From the human T2T-CHM13v2.0 reference genome, Homo sapiens, in the NCBI RefSeq assembly GCF_009914755.1, contig NC_060929.1: DNA of 64,000 nucleotides; one strand, 5' to 3'. This document shows positions 25,169-41,706 of this stretch, in pieces. Both the position numbers and the translations under genes were made by a program. Positions within the stretch are counted from its first letter, which is position 1; the number at the start of each line of letters is the position of its first letter. The notes under the pieces are model-generated. The model saw nothing but the letters and a program-made list of their open reading frames with translations, ran no database searches and had not been told where the DNA came from.

Positions 25169-26999
25169 GTGAGTGGTGGTCTAGATTTAACGAATAATAA
25201 CAATAAACCTGCATACTAAGGGTACTGTTGGGAAGCTAGGAAGTGCAAGGAGAAGAGAAGACAAAGGCTGCTGATCAAGATAACTCACAAAACTAAATGC
25301 AGGCTAGGGCCAATTCCAGCTATTTTGCACTCCATCCAGGTTCCCCTGCCTGGCACTGACTCATGTGCAGACCCAGACAGACTTCAATAAATATTTGCTG
25401 GGTTGAGACAAGTGAGTGGAGGTGTTTCTGCTTGTTCTCCAGCATCTAAACAAGCAAAACCTAGCTGCCTTTGATGATTGCTTCATCTCCACAAGGACTT
25501 TTTCCCCCAGGACTTAAAAAATAAAATGTGGTGTATTCACACAACGGACTGCTATGCAGCACTTAAAAAGCTAAAATCAGAGCTGTAGGGATCAGCATGC
25601 CTGTACCTAGATTTCAGAAGTATGATGGCAGATAGACACAGCAAGATGCAAAATATATCCACTCTATCATGCCATTTAGGTGACTTATTTTAAGACACTT
25701 GTCATGTTTGTAAAATCATAGAAGGGGGACTGTAAAATGTTTATCACATCCGTGATTGTGGCTGTCTTTGGAAAGTGTGAAAGGGAAATCAATTGGACTT
25801 TAGGATTAAGGTGGAAATAATATTTCCCTAAAATGCTTTAAAAATAAAAATGATGATATAAAGATGACCAAATATAAACAATTGTTAACTGAGAGTGTTA
25901 TTAACTTGGGCATTTTTCATGTTTTTGCCCCCTATTTTTAAAATATTTCTTAAACTAAGAAGTTCTGTTTTTCAAATGCAAACAAAATAAGTTGTGTCTA
26001 TGCACATTCTGTGACAATGAAACCTAAAATGTTTAATCAAAAGTTGCAACTTTCTTGCATCACCTCCTATGTTTTCCAATCCTAGAAGACCACACCTCTT
26101 TATCTAGGGAGGCTTGGTGGTTAGAGAAGCTTACCTGTTGACAACCCCCAAATTACAGGCCAAAGATGAAAGGTTGGTATTAGGGAACTAGTTCCCAGTT
26201 AATAATCTGATAATCGGCCAGGTCAGGGTAGACTCTGAAAACTCCCTGTGTCCCTGCAAGACAAATTTCTCCTCCTTTTACATTTCATATGCTTTGGATT
26301 TTCATTTTCATGGATGGTAGCTGTCCTCTTCACATCTCAAAATGATGCTTAGGTAACACTGCAGACCTAGTGCCTGGAGATCAGGAAGGGCTGGGGGGTT
26401 GGTAAAAGAGAGTCCTACAGCTCTACTGGGCTCTTCAGCAGAATGGAAAGGACATGTCTCCATTTTCCTGCGAGAGAAAGGTAGATTTCTTTCTGAATAT
26501 GAAAAAAAAAATCTAATTTGGTTATCCACATGGGAGAGAAAATGAAAAATAATTTTAAACTGGATTGTGTATGTTAGGTGCAATGAAGAAGATACTAAAC
26601 GACCACCCAGTGGTTCCATCTGCTTCCCCCTTCCACAGACACACACAAAAATGGTTCCCTGTTTGCATATTATCTTCCCACTAAAAATCACTTGGTCCGT
26701 GGTGAACAAAATTGTGTGCACATCAGAATGAAATTCTGAAACATGGAAAATTGCGATAATATTCCTTCCTCTTTCTCTTTCTGATTCGACAACTTGCAAG
26801 GTCAGTGCTTGGTATATCTTATGTTGCAGGATGACAGGCTACTTGAGAAAAACCTGAGGTGTGAAGAAAGATATAAGAATGACAGGACTGGGGTGCATTG
26901 TGAAAACTACATGTACTCAGGTTTTAAGCACAAAATAAAAGACAATGTAGCCTCTGCCTGCAGTTAACAACTGCAAATCCTTAAAATTAATGTTCTCCC

Positions 27000-27325
<326 letters not shown>

Positions 27326-28594
27326 CTAGTGCCATCAGTGGTTCAGTCCTTACACTATCCCTCATTTGGATTTTAAATGCAATAATAAAGCACAAAGACC
27401 ACCCCATTTGCTTCTCCCTAACTCACAATAAAACACTCACAATAAAAAGTGCATCCCACTTACTTCTTAACTCCCTTGTCTGCTGGAGTTAAACTCTTTT
27501 TGATTTTTTATCCTGGAGAAATGGTTGAGTTCTATCTTCCTGGGTCTCAATAATTCCACTGAGCTTCCATCAGCCACCTGTGACCACCTACCCCTACTCA
27601 CTCCCTCTCTCATACCATTTAATTGGTTGCTTCCTAATTAATGACTCTCTTTGCTCTCTATTTAATGATTCTTGCTAAAGTCCATAAGGCACTTTGCCAG
27701 CAGTTGGTTTTTAGTATGAAAAGTAGCATTTCCTTAATGAGTCTGAGTCTGCCTTCCAAATGAAGGGTTTACTTACATTTTCCTAATGGGAAAACGAGCT
27801 TTTCTTCTACACTTCCTTAGGGGTTTCATAAGTTCTTTTTCAATAACTCATCCTTAACACTTTCTCCAATTCTGCCTGTAATCAATATTCCCTTCACATG
27901 TAAAGAGCTCAGGAGGAAATCAACTATTTTTTAAAAAATACGCAATAAGGAAATTCTGCTACTCTTAGAAATAGCAGGAGCTAACATTCATTCTTTGCAT
28001 ATCATGTGCTAGGCATTGTGCCAATTACCTTATATACATTGTCTCATTATATGTATCCATGACCATATATGTGCTAAGCATGAAATTTTCTTAAGCCAGA
28101 TAGCTGAGTAGAATTTTAAAATATTATTTTGTACAAAATCTAGACCTTTACCCCATTTGGGGGATAGATCTGAAGATCTGGGCTCATGTTTCCATGTGGT
28201 GACAATCTGTTTGATCTGAGCACAATTACTTTATTTGGATGGAGCCATTGCCACCATTGTCTGCCCAATGCACTAATGTTAAATGCCCAGTCTGGCTCAC
28301 TCATTTGCATCATCTGCCTGGCTCCTATAGGGATCCCAGCTTGTCACTCCTGAGGTAGACACTGTCATTTCCCCCATTCTAGAGGTGAGAGGTTACATAA
28401 CTGGGCCAAAGGCATTATCAGTGTCAGTTTTAGGACTGGAACACAGGATGCTGCCTCTCTTTACCATTATGTTTTAAAGTGGAACAAAGCCGTAGTTTTC
28501 AGGATCTTTTCTTGTTCACACATATCATTTAATTTGAGCCTCAGAGCGGCTAACAGTTTTGAGCACTTATGCTATGAAAATGTTTTGTGTATTC

Positions 28595-28945
28595 AGTTAA
28601 ATGTATGCATATCATACATTTATGTAACTCAATACATATATATAAATGTGATATAACATACGTATGATATAACAGAGTTATATATATGTGTATTATTTAA
28701 CTTAATATATAATGAGTTAAGTGTATGCATAACATAGATTTATGTAACTCAATATATAAAGAGTTATATAATACAAGAGTTGATATATATATAAATGTTG
28801 TATATAAACATAATATATATGTTAATATATATTAACAAAGAGTTGTATAATACAACACAGAGTTAATAATATATAAATACAACACAAAGAGTTATATATG
28901 TGTGTATTATACATTTAACTTAATATATAATGAGTTAAATGTATG
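28595..28945. repeat. AT-rich patchwork repeat with local inverted repeats
   Basis: Recurrent GAGTTA/TAACTC and TTTAACTTAATATATAATGAGTTAA blocks. Confidence 0.8.
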
Positions 28946-29505
28946 TCTGTCCCATTCAACTCTCCATTGAGGAAAGTACCATTATCTTCCCCAAGTTCAG
29001 AAGAAGAAAACAGAGAAATATATTGAAATTCAGCAATTTGCTGGTGTGGTCAAGTCCAACCCAGAACTTGCTTCTTTTACATTGTAGTACCCTCCAGGGT
29101 ATGCAGAAACAGATAGCTAGTGCATCTTTATGACTAAAAAAGAAAATTTTTGTTGTTGATTACCCAGTAACAACAAGACAGTATAAAATCAGCATATTTT
29201 CTCAACAATATTTTCATTTTATAGTTGTTGAATAAAGTATTGCTGACTTCATTTTAAACTTTTCTACATACTTTGAAAAATATGTTGCTTTCCTCCCATT
29301 TTGTAAGTCTAGGTCTGCTATTGATGAGCCATGCAGTGTTTTCTCCTGTTGCTTGATGTTTTTATTCTGAAATCATGGTTGGTTTTCAAACACAAAAGTT
29401 TTCACTACAGTGATACAGATGAGGTTTATGTTTCCGCCACAGTCTATACTCAGGGTGCCTAGAGTATAGCATATTATTAGGGTACTATTTCTTTTCCTAT
29501 CCTAG

Positions 29506-29601
29506 ATATCCAACTAAGGCTTCGGGACATGTTTTGAGCGAAGATGGGTGTTTCTGCCCGGATAGTATAAATCGAGGATCCAGGTCTGGGCAGATTCAAC
29601 C
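29506..29601 (+). other. STK32A: STK32A exon 2, 5'UTR part (96 nt)
   Basis: Polypyrimidine tract TTTCTTTTCCTATCCTAG acceptor at 29504-29505. Confidence 0.85.
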
Positions 29602-29653
29602 ATGGGAGCCAACACTTCAAGAAAACCACCAGTGTTTGATGAAAATGAAGATG
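29602..29653 (+). CDS. STK32A: Serine/threonine kinase 32A (YANK1), first coding exon: MGANTSRKPPVFDENED + 1 nt
   Basis: Strong Kozak CAACCATGG; peptide matches the known STK32A N-terminus; phase-1 donor G|GTAAGA at 29654. Confidence 0.95.
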
Positions 29654-30644
29654 GTAAGAAATATGGGATAGTGGCATATAAAAAATAGAATTTTGCAAAA
29701 TTCAAGTATATGCTTCTAGTTTCATAAGTTAAGCATAAGCATGGTCTGTAGGGCCTTGAAGGAAAAAGGCAAAGCTGCATGAGTGAGTCTGAGGACTTTG
29801 TAGGCTCATAGCTAGGTTTTACCTTCCACTTTCCATGGGACCTTTGGCAGCTTTCCTAATCTCCACTATACCAATGTCCTTTGTCCAAAGGGAGCTGCAG
29901 TTGGGCATGTGGTGGATAGTTAAATGATTTGTTTGTCCTCTGTGCTGTTCCTTGGCAGTTGAAGTTACCCCCATTGCTCATTGTTACAGAAAATACATTA
30001 TCAACATGTACATGAATGATAACCAGTGCTCATAATATTATAGAATGAAGCTGTGCCTTCTGAATTTCCAACTGCCAAGCTTTTGTGTACTAGACAAATC
30101 CCATAATGCTACGTCATAGAAAAAAGAATCAGTTGTATTGGAGAAAAGGGAAACTTTCCAGGCCAGACTCAGCAAGACAAGAATAAAGGCATGAGTCCTC
30201 CTGATTCTCCCATCAGTGAGGCATGCTGGAACTGGGCAATGCCTCCTCATGTCCCTCTTCCTTCCTATATGTTAAGTCTGAACAGCATTGGCGTATGCAG
30301 GTGGCAGCTGTTTATAGGTTGTCTGGGGGAAAAAAATGCCCCAAGCCCCAGGTAGTAAGTTGTCCAGACCTCTGAGAGGGAGCTCTTCCGAGTAATTCCC
30401 AGAGAGCTCTGCTAATTGGAACAGGGAGGAAAAGAATGGACTGAAATTCAGGAAATCTGACACCAGTCCTACTACCAGTTACTTGTTAGGCCCAAGCAGC
30501 TTATTTACTGACTCTATCTTCAATTTTGTTATCAATAAAGTGAGGAGATAGGTTCCTTCCCACTCAAGAAGTTTATCATTTTGAGATCCTAAAGCAACTT
30601 TGTGAATTCTGAAGAAGCTTCTAAATCATCAAGGAAAGTTTATT

Positions 30645-31010
30645 GGGTTAGAATGCAAGTTTGATTGCTGAAATGAAAACTACAAATAACAGTGGCTTAA
30701 GCCAAATGGAAATGTTTATCTTTCTCATGTGACAATCTAGGCATAAGTAATCCAGGTGATGTGTGGTTCCAGCAGCTTAGGGACTCTGACGCCAACTACT
30801 TGCCTTTTTCCCTCTCTTCCCATTTCTAGAGTGGTACCCTCAGAGTGGCTAACCAACACAACAAATTCCAGCCAGTGAGAAAGGTGGAAAGTAGGAGAGG
30901 TTATGCCCACTTATTTATAGGATTTGCTCTGGCTTGTCACTTTCGTTCACTTCCACTTACCTAGATACAAGAAAGACTGGGAAATTCAGTTTGTTATCTT
31001 GGGTGGCCAT
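30645..31010. mobile_element. MLT1-like (MaLR) LTR fossil
   Basis: AAATAACAGTGGCTTAA..TTTATCTTTCTCATGTGA and GACTGGGAAAT..AGTTT motifs; strongly diverged. Confidence 0.45.
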
Positions 31011-31163
31011 GAACCTTCTAAAAATAAGGAGTTCTGTTTTATTACAAAAGAAAAGAAGAATTAGGAGTTTGTCATGATTGGGGACAACTACGTCTGCTGT
31101 AGTTGGGGCAAACAATCTTAGTTTTGAATCTTGGGATGGAAATACTTTTAAAAACAAAATATG

Positions 31164-31544
<381 letters not shown>

Positions 31545-33030
31545 TTACTATTTCTACAGAATAGTTCATAGGAACTTTGAAATTATATAGCTGGAAAGGG
31601 GTCTTAAGAAAACTTTTTTTTCATGGCTATTGTGATTGCCTTGCTTTAACTTATCAAATAGTAAAAGCAAAGATCTAGAGACTAGTGATATTACTTAATT
31701 TTTCTGTCTCTAAAATGGAAAGACAAATAGGCTTGCTTTTCATTTAGTTGGTTTCCTCTGCTTCCTCTGGACTCAGAGCTAATGTTGTACATGAGGCTGG
31801 TCGTCAGAGAATAGGGTGGAAAAGAGAGGCCAGCTGCATACTTTTAACTTGCTGGGCTACATTTGAAGGTAGTAGAATAGCATTATGATGAGAAAACACA
31901 GAAATGCCTAACTCTTCCTTGATTCAGCCAGGCTTTGTTCTTGTGGGATGCCCAAGAAAGCTACATAACCAAAGAATTGTGACAATTGGGAAATAAGATA
32001 CCCCTTTTTAGTTACTTTAAAGGACTCTAGAAAAACTAGGTTGAAGGAGAGTTAGGCTTAGGGACCAGACAGGTCTTTCTTAACACCCTCTAGGTCACCA
32101 CCTTTTCTGTTGTCTGGCTTCTCAGCCCAATGAGATGAACCCACTGCAGCACCCATAAAGGAAAGATCTGAGCATAGCAACAAGTCTGTGCCTCCCAGAG
32201 GTGCTAGGCTCTCTGTCTGTTTATGCAGACAGTTGCAAGGCAAAGGAAGCAGGAGGGCAAGTCCACCTACTATAAACCTGTCACTCTCTAGACATGAAGA
32301 ATAGAGGAGGAAACAAGTTGGTCCTTGCTCTGTCATTGTGAACCCCATGTTCTGATGATGGAAGGCTGACAATAAAAAGGTAAATAATACATAAATCAGA
32401 TAATTTCACAGTGCCTTAAAGTGCCACCAAGGAAATGACTCCTAGTGATCTTACAGACAGTGACAGTGATGGTGAGGAGGCCACTTTAGATAGGGTGGCT
32501 GCGGTTGTCTTTCTAAGGAGGTGACATTTGGGCTGAAGCCTGAAAGATGAGAAGAAGCCAGCTATGAAATGACATGAAAAGAATAGTTCAAGAACAGGAA
32601 AAACAAGTCCAAAATCCAAATAATGACAAAATCAGAATTGAATAGTTGCCTATATCTTAACGTTCTCTCATGAGCACTAGTTTGCCAAAGAGACTGCATT
32701 TATTGCCATGTTAACTTATTTCTTTAAAAGATGATTGATTTGAGGAGAAAAAGTATGCCATTCTAGGGAATTTACTTTGCTTTAAAATTCAGTACATTTT
32801 GTAAAGTTCATTTGACTCTTCACATAAATCTGGATTGAGCACAAGGTAAAATTGTATCTGATTGCTGTGAAGCTCCTGACCAAGAAAAAGCAACCAAAAA
32901 GCACTGATTAACCAAACAACATTAATGCCTATGTCATTTTTGATATCCATATTTTTATATACATAATCATAATGTATAATCAAACTGGGCCAGTATCAAG
33001 GGCACTAAAATGAGCCAACTTAATTATTTA

Positions 33031-33327
<297 letters not shown>

Positions 33328-33407
33328 TTAGATCTCAAATTATACTATTGTTTTGTTTTGCAGTTTTAGCTTTTATGTTTTAGGGCAAATCTTAAGTCCT
33401 AATTACT

Positions 33408-34010
33408 TTTTTTTATTATTGTGGTAAAATGTATATAACAAAATGTACCATTTAATCATTTTAGAATATACGGTTTATGACATTAAGCACATTCACGTTA
33501 TCATGCAACCATCACCACTACCCATCCTCAGAACATTTCTCTTCTCGAATTGAAACTTGGTACCTCTGAAACAATAACATCCACATTCCATCCCCTCCCC
33601 AGTCCCTGTTAAACAACCATTTGACTTTATGTCTCTATGAATTTAACTACTCTATGTACCTCATATAAATGGAACATATAAGATTTGTTCTTTTGCATCT
33701 GGTTTATTTCATTTAGCATATATTTTTAAGGTTCATCCATGTTGCAGCATGTGTCAAGATTCTCTTTCTTTTTAAGTCTGAGTCGTATTCCATTGTATGG
33801 ATATACCACATTTTGTTTATCTTTTCATTAGTTGACATTGATTGTCCTCACCTTTTGATTTTTGTGAATAAGGCTGCTATAAACATTGGTGTGCAAATAT
33901 CTGTTCAAGTCCCTGTTTTCAATTCTTCAGGGTATATACCTAGAAGTGGAAGCACTGGATCATATAATTCCTTGTTTGACTCTCTGAGGAACCATCATAC
34001 TGTCTTCTAC
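33408..34010 (-). mobile_element. Old L1MB-type 3' fragment
   Basis: GTACCTCATATAAATGGAA..., GGTTCATCCATGTTGCAGCATGTG, GGTATATACCTAGAAGTGGA. Confidence 0.75.
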
Positions 34011-37000
34011 CTAATTATGCTTTGTGTTTTAGTAATGGGACACAGCCTGGCATGATGGGCTAGAGTATTGGAAAGGCATGCACAGGTTCAAGTCTCAGCT
34101 GTGCCACGTGCCAGTAATCTACATGTTTCTATGAGAAGAGTCAAAGAGGATATAGCCTGGTCAACCATTATCAGACACTGGAGTCAGTTTGACTAATTAT
34201 ATGGTGTTCTAAGGAAACTTGAGGTACCACAAGAAAAGTCTCCAAATCTAAATAATTACTAATGAATTAATTGAGGGGGAAACTTATTTAACCTTTGTAA
34301 GCCTCAGTTTCTTTGTATGTAAAATGCAGGTAATAATTGGGCATACTTCATTAGGTCTTTGTGAGGATTGAATAAATAATGCAAGTAAAACACTTAGCAA
34401 AGTATTTCCCATAAAGTAACCACTCAATTAATGCTAATTAAGTGTTATTTACTAACATCAGAGTTTCCTAGTGTGAACTCTTCGAAGTACTTTAAGTTCT
34501 GAGAAAAACAAAATTGATTAAATGCAACTCTGTCGATTCCACAGTTAATTAGACCTATTCATGTTTCTATTGACTGGATTAACAGAACGGCAGATTTTAT
34601 GGATTCTGTTAAAACCTATATAAAAACACTTTAAAAGAAGCCAAGTTATTGACTGCACAAAAACATAATCTCATCTGATATCTTTTTTATCCCCCTGAGG
34701 TTATTGTGTTTTTGTTTAAGGCAAAATCAAGAACTAATTGGGATGAAAATAACTAAAGTTTACTTTGTCTGATTTAAGTCCCAAACTGACTAATAAGTAA
34801 TCCCATTTGATCAACAGATTCAGTGAAAACTGTCCCCCATTCTCAACTACCATATGGATATTCTGAGAAATAATTAATGATGCAGAAAAACATTTTTTGT
34901 TTTCTGAAATAAAAGAATAGACGTGCAAGTGACACTTCTTTTTAATGCTTACAACCTTTTTTTAAAAATCTACTTTATTTTCTCTATCTGAATGCACTAG
35001 ATTTTGTTTGTTTGTTTTTGTGGTTGGTTGGTATGGTTTTGCTTATTGAGGTTTTCAGGCTGATTTAGAAAAAAGAAATTTTTACAGGAGAGAGTGGACT
35101 TGTTTACAATTCAGAGTTGAGGCAACAAAAAAAAATCTTGCAGTCATTATGAGTAATATGTGTATCCAAGTTTATACAAAGAATGTAAAGGTGATAAAGT
35201 TGGCTTAGTTAAATCAAGAGACAGCCTTCTTCTAGAATATTATAGCTAAGAAAATTTGGACTTAAGTTTAAAAAGCTGCTCTAAAGAGTTCATCAATGCC
35301 CTGAGTTTGCAGAGAGTTCAATTATTGCATTATTCTTTGGACTTGCTGAAAACTCAGTGTTCTACTTTTATTTGGCAACACCATCTCCTAGGATATGTGG
35401 CTGTTTCCAGTTTTCCAGCATCTTCAGTGACAGAGGCAATGGGATCCTTTAAAATGTTGGGCCAAGAAAATTGGCCACAGATTTGCAATCCAAAAGAAAT
35501 AGGAGGTTGCTAAATTGATTCCAGCTATGAAGGACATCGAAAATTTCTTTTGTTATTTGACTGTCTATCATGGTCTATTTGCACTCAATTTAATAGGCAA
35601 ATGAATTTCCGACTTTCCCTTAGCAGCCTTGAGTAATGCTGTCTCGTATTTATTATTTTGCATTAGAATGGTTGGAAAAGTTAAAGGAAAATTTCCCTAG
35701 CAAGAATTGGCTTCTTAAAAAAATAAGTCATCTTGGACAACCTAACATTTAGTAAAGGCATTTGTCATAAATAACCTCAAGTCCAATTTATGGCAAGGGT
35801 TTTAATTTGTAAGGGCTTTATTTCTCCATACAAAGGGATTGGAGAAACAAACTAGAAAGCCAGAAAACAGACCACAAACACTGAGCTAGTGGTTCCAACT
35901 GGAGTGTTCCCTGAGCAGTGACTTATGAATACTTGTTTAGAAGAATCAACTCAAACAAATTTAGGAAAGTCACATCCTGCCTTTAGAGCTTCCAGTGTTT
36001 GTTAGCATATTAAAGTCTCTGAAATGACCTACAATATTGAAATCTCAGTCTTCTGCTATTTTTAATATTTATTTCAAAATGAAATAATTTTTGTGAAAAA
36101 CATTTTAATGTCTGTGGCTCATAATATTCTGTGGATCTCAGTTTGGGAAATGAAAGATTATAATCGTATCTACTCTTTATCTGTTGGAAACATCTTTCCA
36201 TTTATTTTTCCTGCTGGTTTAATGGCAACAAATTTTTACATTTGAAATATTTGTAATGTGATTTATATGAAAAAATGTAATTTTCTTATTACACGATCAA
36301 AAGTGGTTATGCTCCTCTGTAAGTTTTTCCTTACAAGTTTTTATGTTGCATAATTTATATCTATTTGGTTTAATGAGTACAACACAAGATAGCTCAGTTT
36401 AATTCTGGGATGTTGGATGTTTCTAGTTAAAGTACAAGTTGGATTTGATGAAAATTCATTGCTTCTTTATGATTTTTTAAAACTCAAGAACATGTTAGTT
36501 AAAGAGTGTCTTCTGAACAAATTCTTGTGAAGTAGTTGCTGATTATTAAGTAACACTCATGCTACCGTAACTTTTTATACTATCCAAAGCTATAGACATT
36601 TTTAATTTTCAACTTGCAACTACCTAGGTTGAAAAATTAAATCTGCAGGCCAGTTTCATTATTCAGACAATTTGGTTATCACTTCAAGCCTACTATCTTC
36701 AAAGAAAATGGGAGTGCAGGCCTTCATGGGAGCTGACTTCTGCTGTATGGCCTTGCAAATGTCAACTCGATTAGAGTGACCAGTGTTAGCCCTCAATTCA
36801 CAAACTCAGGTCCCATGAAATATACACGGATTTCTACTATGCATTACTATGTGACCATTCATGGAAGTTTCGTTTGGAAACACAGACATTAAAAAGCCAG
36901 TCATGGAATAACATTCTTGTTAAAACAGGACATTGGCAAAAAGGACTAGAAAACTTCTGGCTATAGATTTTGAATCCAATAGCCTTGCATAGGCTTTTCT

Positions 37001-37124
37001 GTTTCCTCCTAAACTATGTCTTCTGTCCTTTCTGGAGGCATATTTATAGTAAAATAAACAAAATTAACCTTGTTTTACACTTGAGTAACCTATACCTTTG
37101 GTTATTTACGAGAATTACTTAAAG

Positions 37125-37774
<650 letters not shown>

Positions 37775-39175
37775 CTCTAAGCATCTTGCAGACATTTCTT
37801 CATATGCCCTAGGAGATTTCTGATATCCCCTCATAATACCCTGGCCTTACACCAAGACTACAATCTGTTCTTTGCAGATGCTTAATAAATTCATTCTTCC
37901 CTGTCATTCAGTTGATCTGTGTGAGCCAGTGGAAATACTTGGGCCAATAAATCTAGTGTGTTTGAGGGTAAAATATGCTATTTTTGTAAGATATATTATT
38001 TAATGGCCACACAACCTAAATTCAATTAAATGGTTACAACCTGTAACGCATTTAAAATATGACTAGGCAGAATTTGCTTCCTACTAAAGACATTTATTCG
38101 ATTGAGGAGCATCCAACAGTTGATGTTGATCCCCCCATCCTGCCCCACTGTTCTACTTTGCAATTTGTTTGAAAGAAATTGTCAATATATTTCTGACTTC
38201 TGAGCAAATCCATGAATCGGGATCCAGCAACAGGAAAAGAAGCTGTTGCTGCCCATTGCTTGGTTTTGGCACCAGGAATGGATAAATCCCAGACTTCCTG
38301 GGGCACGTGTTTTATAAAAGGGAAGTGCTGACAGTGCAAACAGCTGCCATCAATTGGCCTTGGAGACTACTTCCCTGGAGAAGCTCCAATTATATTCTTA
38401 AAGGACCCACCAAGCTCTTCAAGTGTTAGTGGCAACCATTTGCTGCCAACCATTTGAAATGATGAAGTAATTTTTTTTTATTAGTGGATCCTAAGTGATA
38501 GGCTCTAGAACTGATCTTCAACCTTAACTAATATCATGGCATCAGAGGGCTACAGATTAAATCAGTGGTTCCCAGTCACTCTCTGTGGACAAGTAGCAAC
38601 TACGACAAAGCTTTTCTTAGTCTATGGTGGAAGAGAAAAATTAGGACAATGTAATAAGCATCCCATAAACTTATTAAACCTATTAAAATTTAATTTTAAG
38701 ATTATGTCATTTTTTGTATGTGTGTATGCTTAGTATTTATGGATTGTGGAAATAGAATTTTTTTTTTATAGTGAGAACCTAGGTAAGTGACTTACCTCTC
38801 TGATCCCCCATTTTCTCATATGTAGAAGGGGGCTAATAATAGTATCTGTCTCATAGTTTTTGTGAGAATAAAAAAATTGTCCAGGTAAAATGCTTAGCTG
38901 GTGACTGGCACACAGTAATTGCTCAATAAATGTCAGCTATTATTGCTATCATTATATAATCATCATGGTTTCCAATGCCTTTACTTGGCAAATAAAAGAA
39001 CAAAAGTCACCCGATATTGATCTCCCTTTTCTTCCCTAGTTTTCTGGGGGGTGGGAGGCAGAGACCGAATTTTCTGATCTGTGAAATCTGAATTTATCAT
39101 TGTAATTTTCCATAAGTGCTATGTAGAGAACTCATTTAAGTTGCTGGGATGAAAAAAAATCAAAAGTGGCCTATT

Positions 39176-39482
39176 GTGCTGGGTGCAGTGGTTCACGCCT
39201 GCAATCCCAGCACTTTGGGAGGCTGAGGGGGGTGGATCGCCTGAGGTCAGGAGTTCAAGACCAGCCTGGCCAACATGGTGAAACCTTGACTCTACTAAAA
39301 ATACAAAAATTAGCCTGGCATGGTGGTGGGCACCTGTAATCCCAGCTACTCAGGAGGCTGAGGCAGGAGAATCCCTTGAACCCAGGAGGTGGAGGATTCA
39401 GTGAGCCGAGATCTACTGCACTCCAGCCTGGGCAACAGAGTAAGCCTCTGTCTCAAAAAAAAAAAAAAAAAAAAAAAAAAAA
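39176..39482 (+). mobile_element. AluSx-type SINE
   Basis: Full Alu with poly-A; TSD AAAAGTGGCCT. Confidence 0.88.
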
Positions 39483-40209
39483 GTGGCCTCATCTTCATTT
39501 CAGTGAAAGATGATAGTATCTGGACTCACAGTGTGGCAGTGCAGACGGAAAGCTGAGAGTTTATTCCACATTTATTTTCAATATAAAATAATTAGGTGTT
39601 ACTGATGGCTTGAATGTGGGGTAAGATGGAAAGAACAAAATCAAGGATAAATCCTAGGTTTTTGCTTGAGTAGTTATGTGGATGACTGTGACATTTTACT
39701 AAGATGGAGATGCGTGGGAAAGGAGGGGTTTGGGACCCTGCTCACATACAGTCTAGAGTTCACTTTTGGAGGCATACAGTGATTATGGGACAGCTAAATG
39801 ATGGTGCCAAGTAGGAGCTGGAGTAGAGTATCCAGCAATGAGTGGAAACATCTGGGATGGAGACAGAAAGACATGGGTATTAATTCTACGGGGATGGCTA
39901 AGTCTGCTCTGAGAGACAGTGTGGAGACCAAGGAGAAGAGGAATCCTAATATTTAGAAACAAGGCAGTGGATAGCAATCTAGCTATGGAAAGTGGAAGGA
40001 AAGAGATAGTTGATCATCCAGTTCAACACTACTCTTGTTGTAGTTCACTTATGTTGAATGCTTCTGTGTGACTAAGTAGGTGAGAAAAATCTATGGGAGT
40101 AGGCAACATGGAGGATGTTGGTATTCACAAAAGCAGTTTAGTGGAGTGTGGAGGCCTGAGCCAGACTAGAATGAGTTAGGAGTAGATGGAAGATAAGAAT
40201 GCAGATATG

Positions 40210-40598
<389 letters not shown>

Positions 40599-41464
40599 TC
40601 AGCTAAATGTAATATAATGGATTTTTTTAAGATGAGGTACTAGAGCATGTAATATAAATATATTAAATTGGGTGGCCAGGAACCAGGACTGGCTCATCAG
40701 CATGGACCAGGCTAGACGCACAGGGCCTTATATCCAGAAGGACATCACCTTTGGGTTTTAATGCTCTGCAGTTGCTGTCTCCAAATTCTAACTGTCTCTT
40801 AGGCTCTCATCAACACCCACCTCCATATCCAGATATTGAGTACCTCAGGGAGTTCAATTTGGAAGCAAATGATGTGAAAATGTACTTTACTATCCAGTAA
40901 CATTCTTGTTAGGGAGTGTTGGCAGAGATTGTCGAACAACCATAATGCATTTTATCATTCGATCAGTCTACAATTTAAACATAGCAGGACTGGACAGAGG
41001 CACAGGAAGATTAAGCCACTGACCTTAAGTCAGACAGTCACATGGGTAGATCCGGAATCTTGATCTAAAATGAATACCATTTTTTCAGTTATAGCTATCT
41101 TCCCAGGTTGGCCAACCAGAATGCATATATAAAATTTCAAAAACAAACATTGGGAATTGCTCTTCAGCAAGAATACATCAAACACCCATTATGTGCCTAA
41201 CTCTAAATCTTACTTTCAGAGAGCTAAAAACAATTTCATTTCACAGTGACATTCATCTTCACTTCTGCTGTAACTCACATGCATATGCCTTAGACCACAT
41301 TATTAATGAAGTATTGGGGGTTCCATCTAGAGCACCTTTTCTTCCCTGGAGTTAATCATCCAGTTCAGCACCACTCTTGAGCTTTGCTTAGCTTCTTCTA
41401 CCCATTTGGATTTTAAGGACAACAATTCCAATGGCCTTTATCCATGTATTTAACAATTCATTAT

Positions 41465-41706
41465 GAGCCAGGTGAAGTGGATCACACCTCTAATCCCAAC
41501 ACTTTGGGAGGCTGAGGCAGGTGGATCGCTGGAGCCCAGGAGTTCACAACCAGCCTGGGCAACATGGTGAGACTCCATCTCTACCATTTTTTTTTTTAAT
41601 TAGTTGGGTATGGTGGCAGGAGATCAAGGCTACGGTGAGCTGTAATTGCACCACTGCACACTAGCCTGGGCAACAGAGCAAGACCCTGTCTCACCAAAAA
41701 CAAAAA
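41465..41706 (+). mobile_element. AluJ-type SINE with T-run linker and right-arm deletion
   Basis: GAGCCCAGGAGTTCA..CCAGCCTGGGCAACATGG; right arm jumps from GGTGGC to AGGAGATCAAGGCT. Confidence 0.75.

Noticed and set aside
26308-26799. 163-aa minus-strand ORF in intron 1
   Set aside because: Non-ATG start, no recognisable domain, composition typical of non-coding DNA
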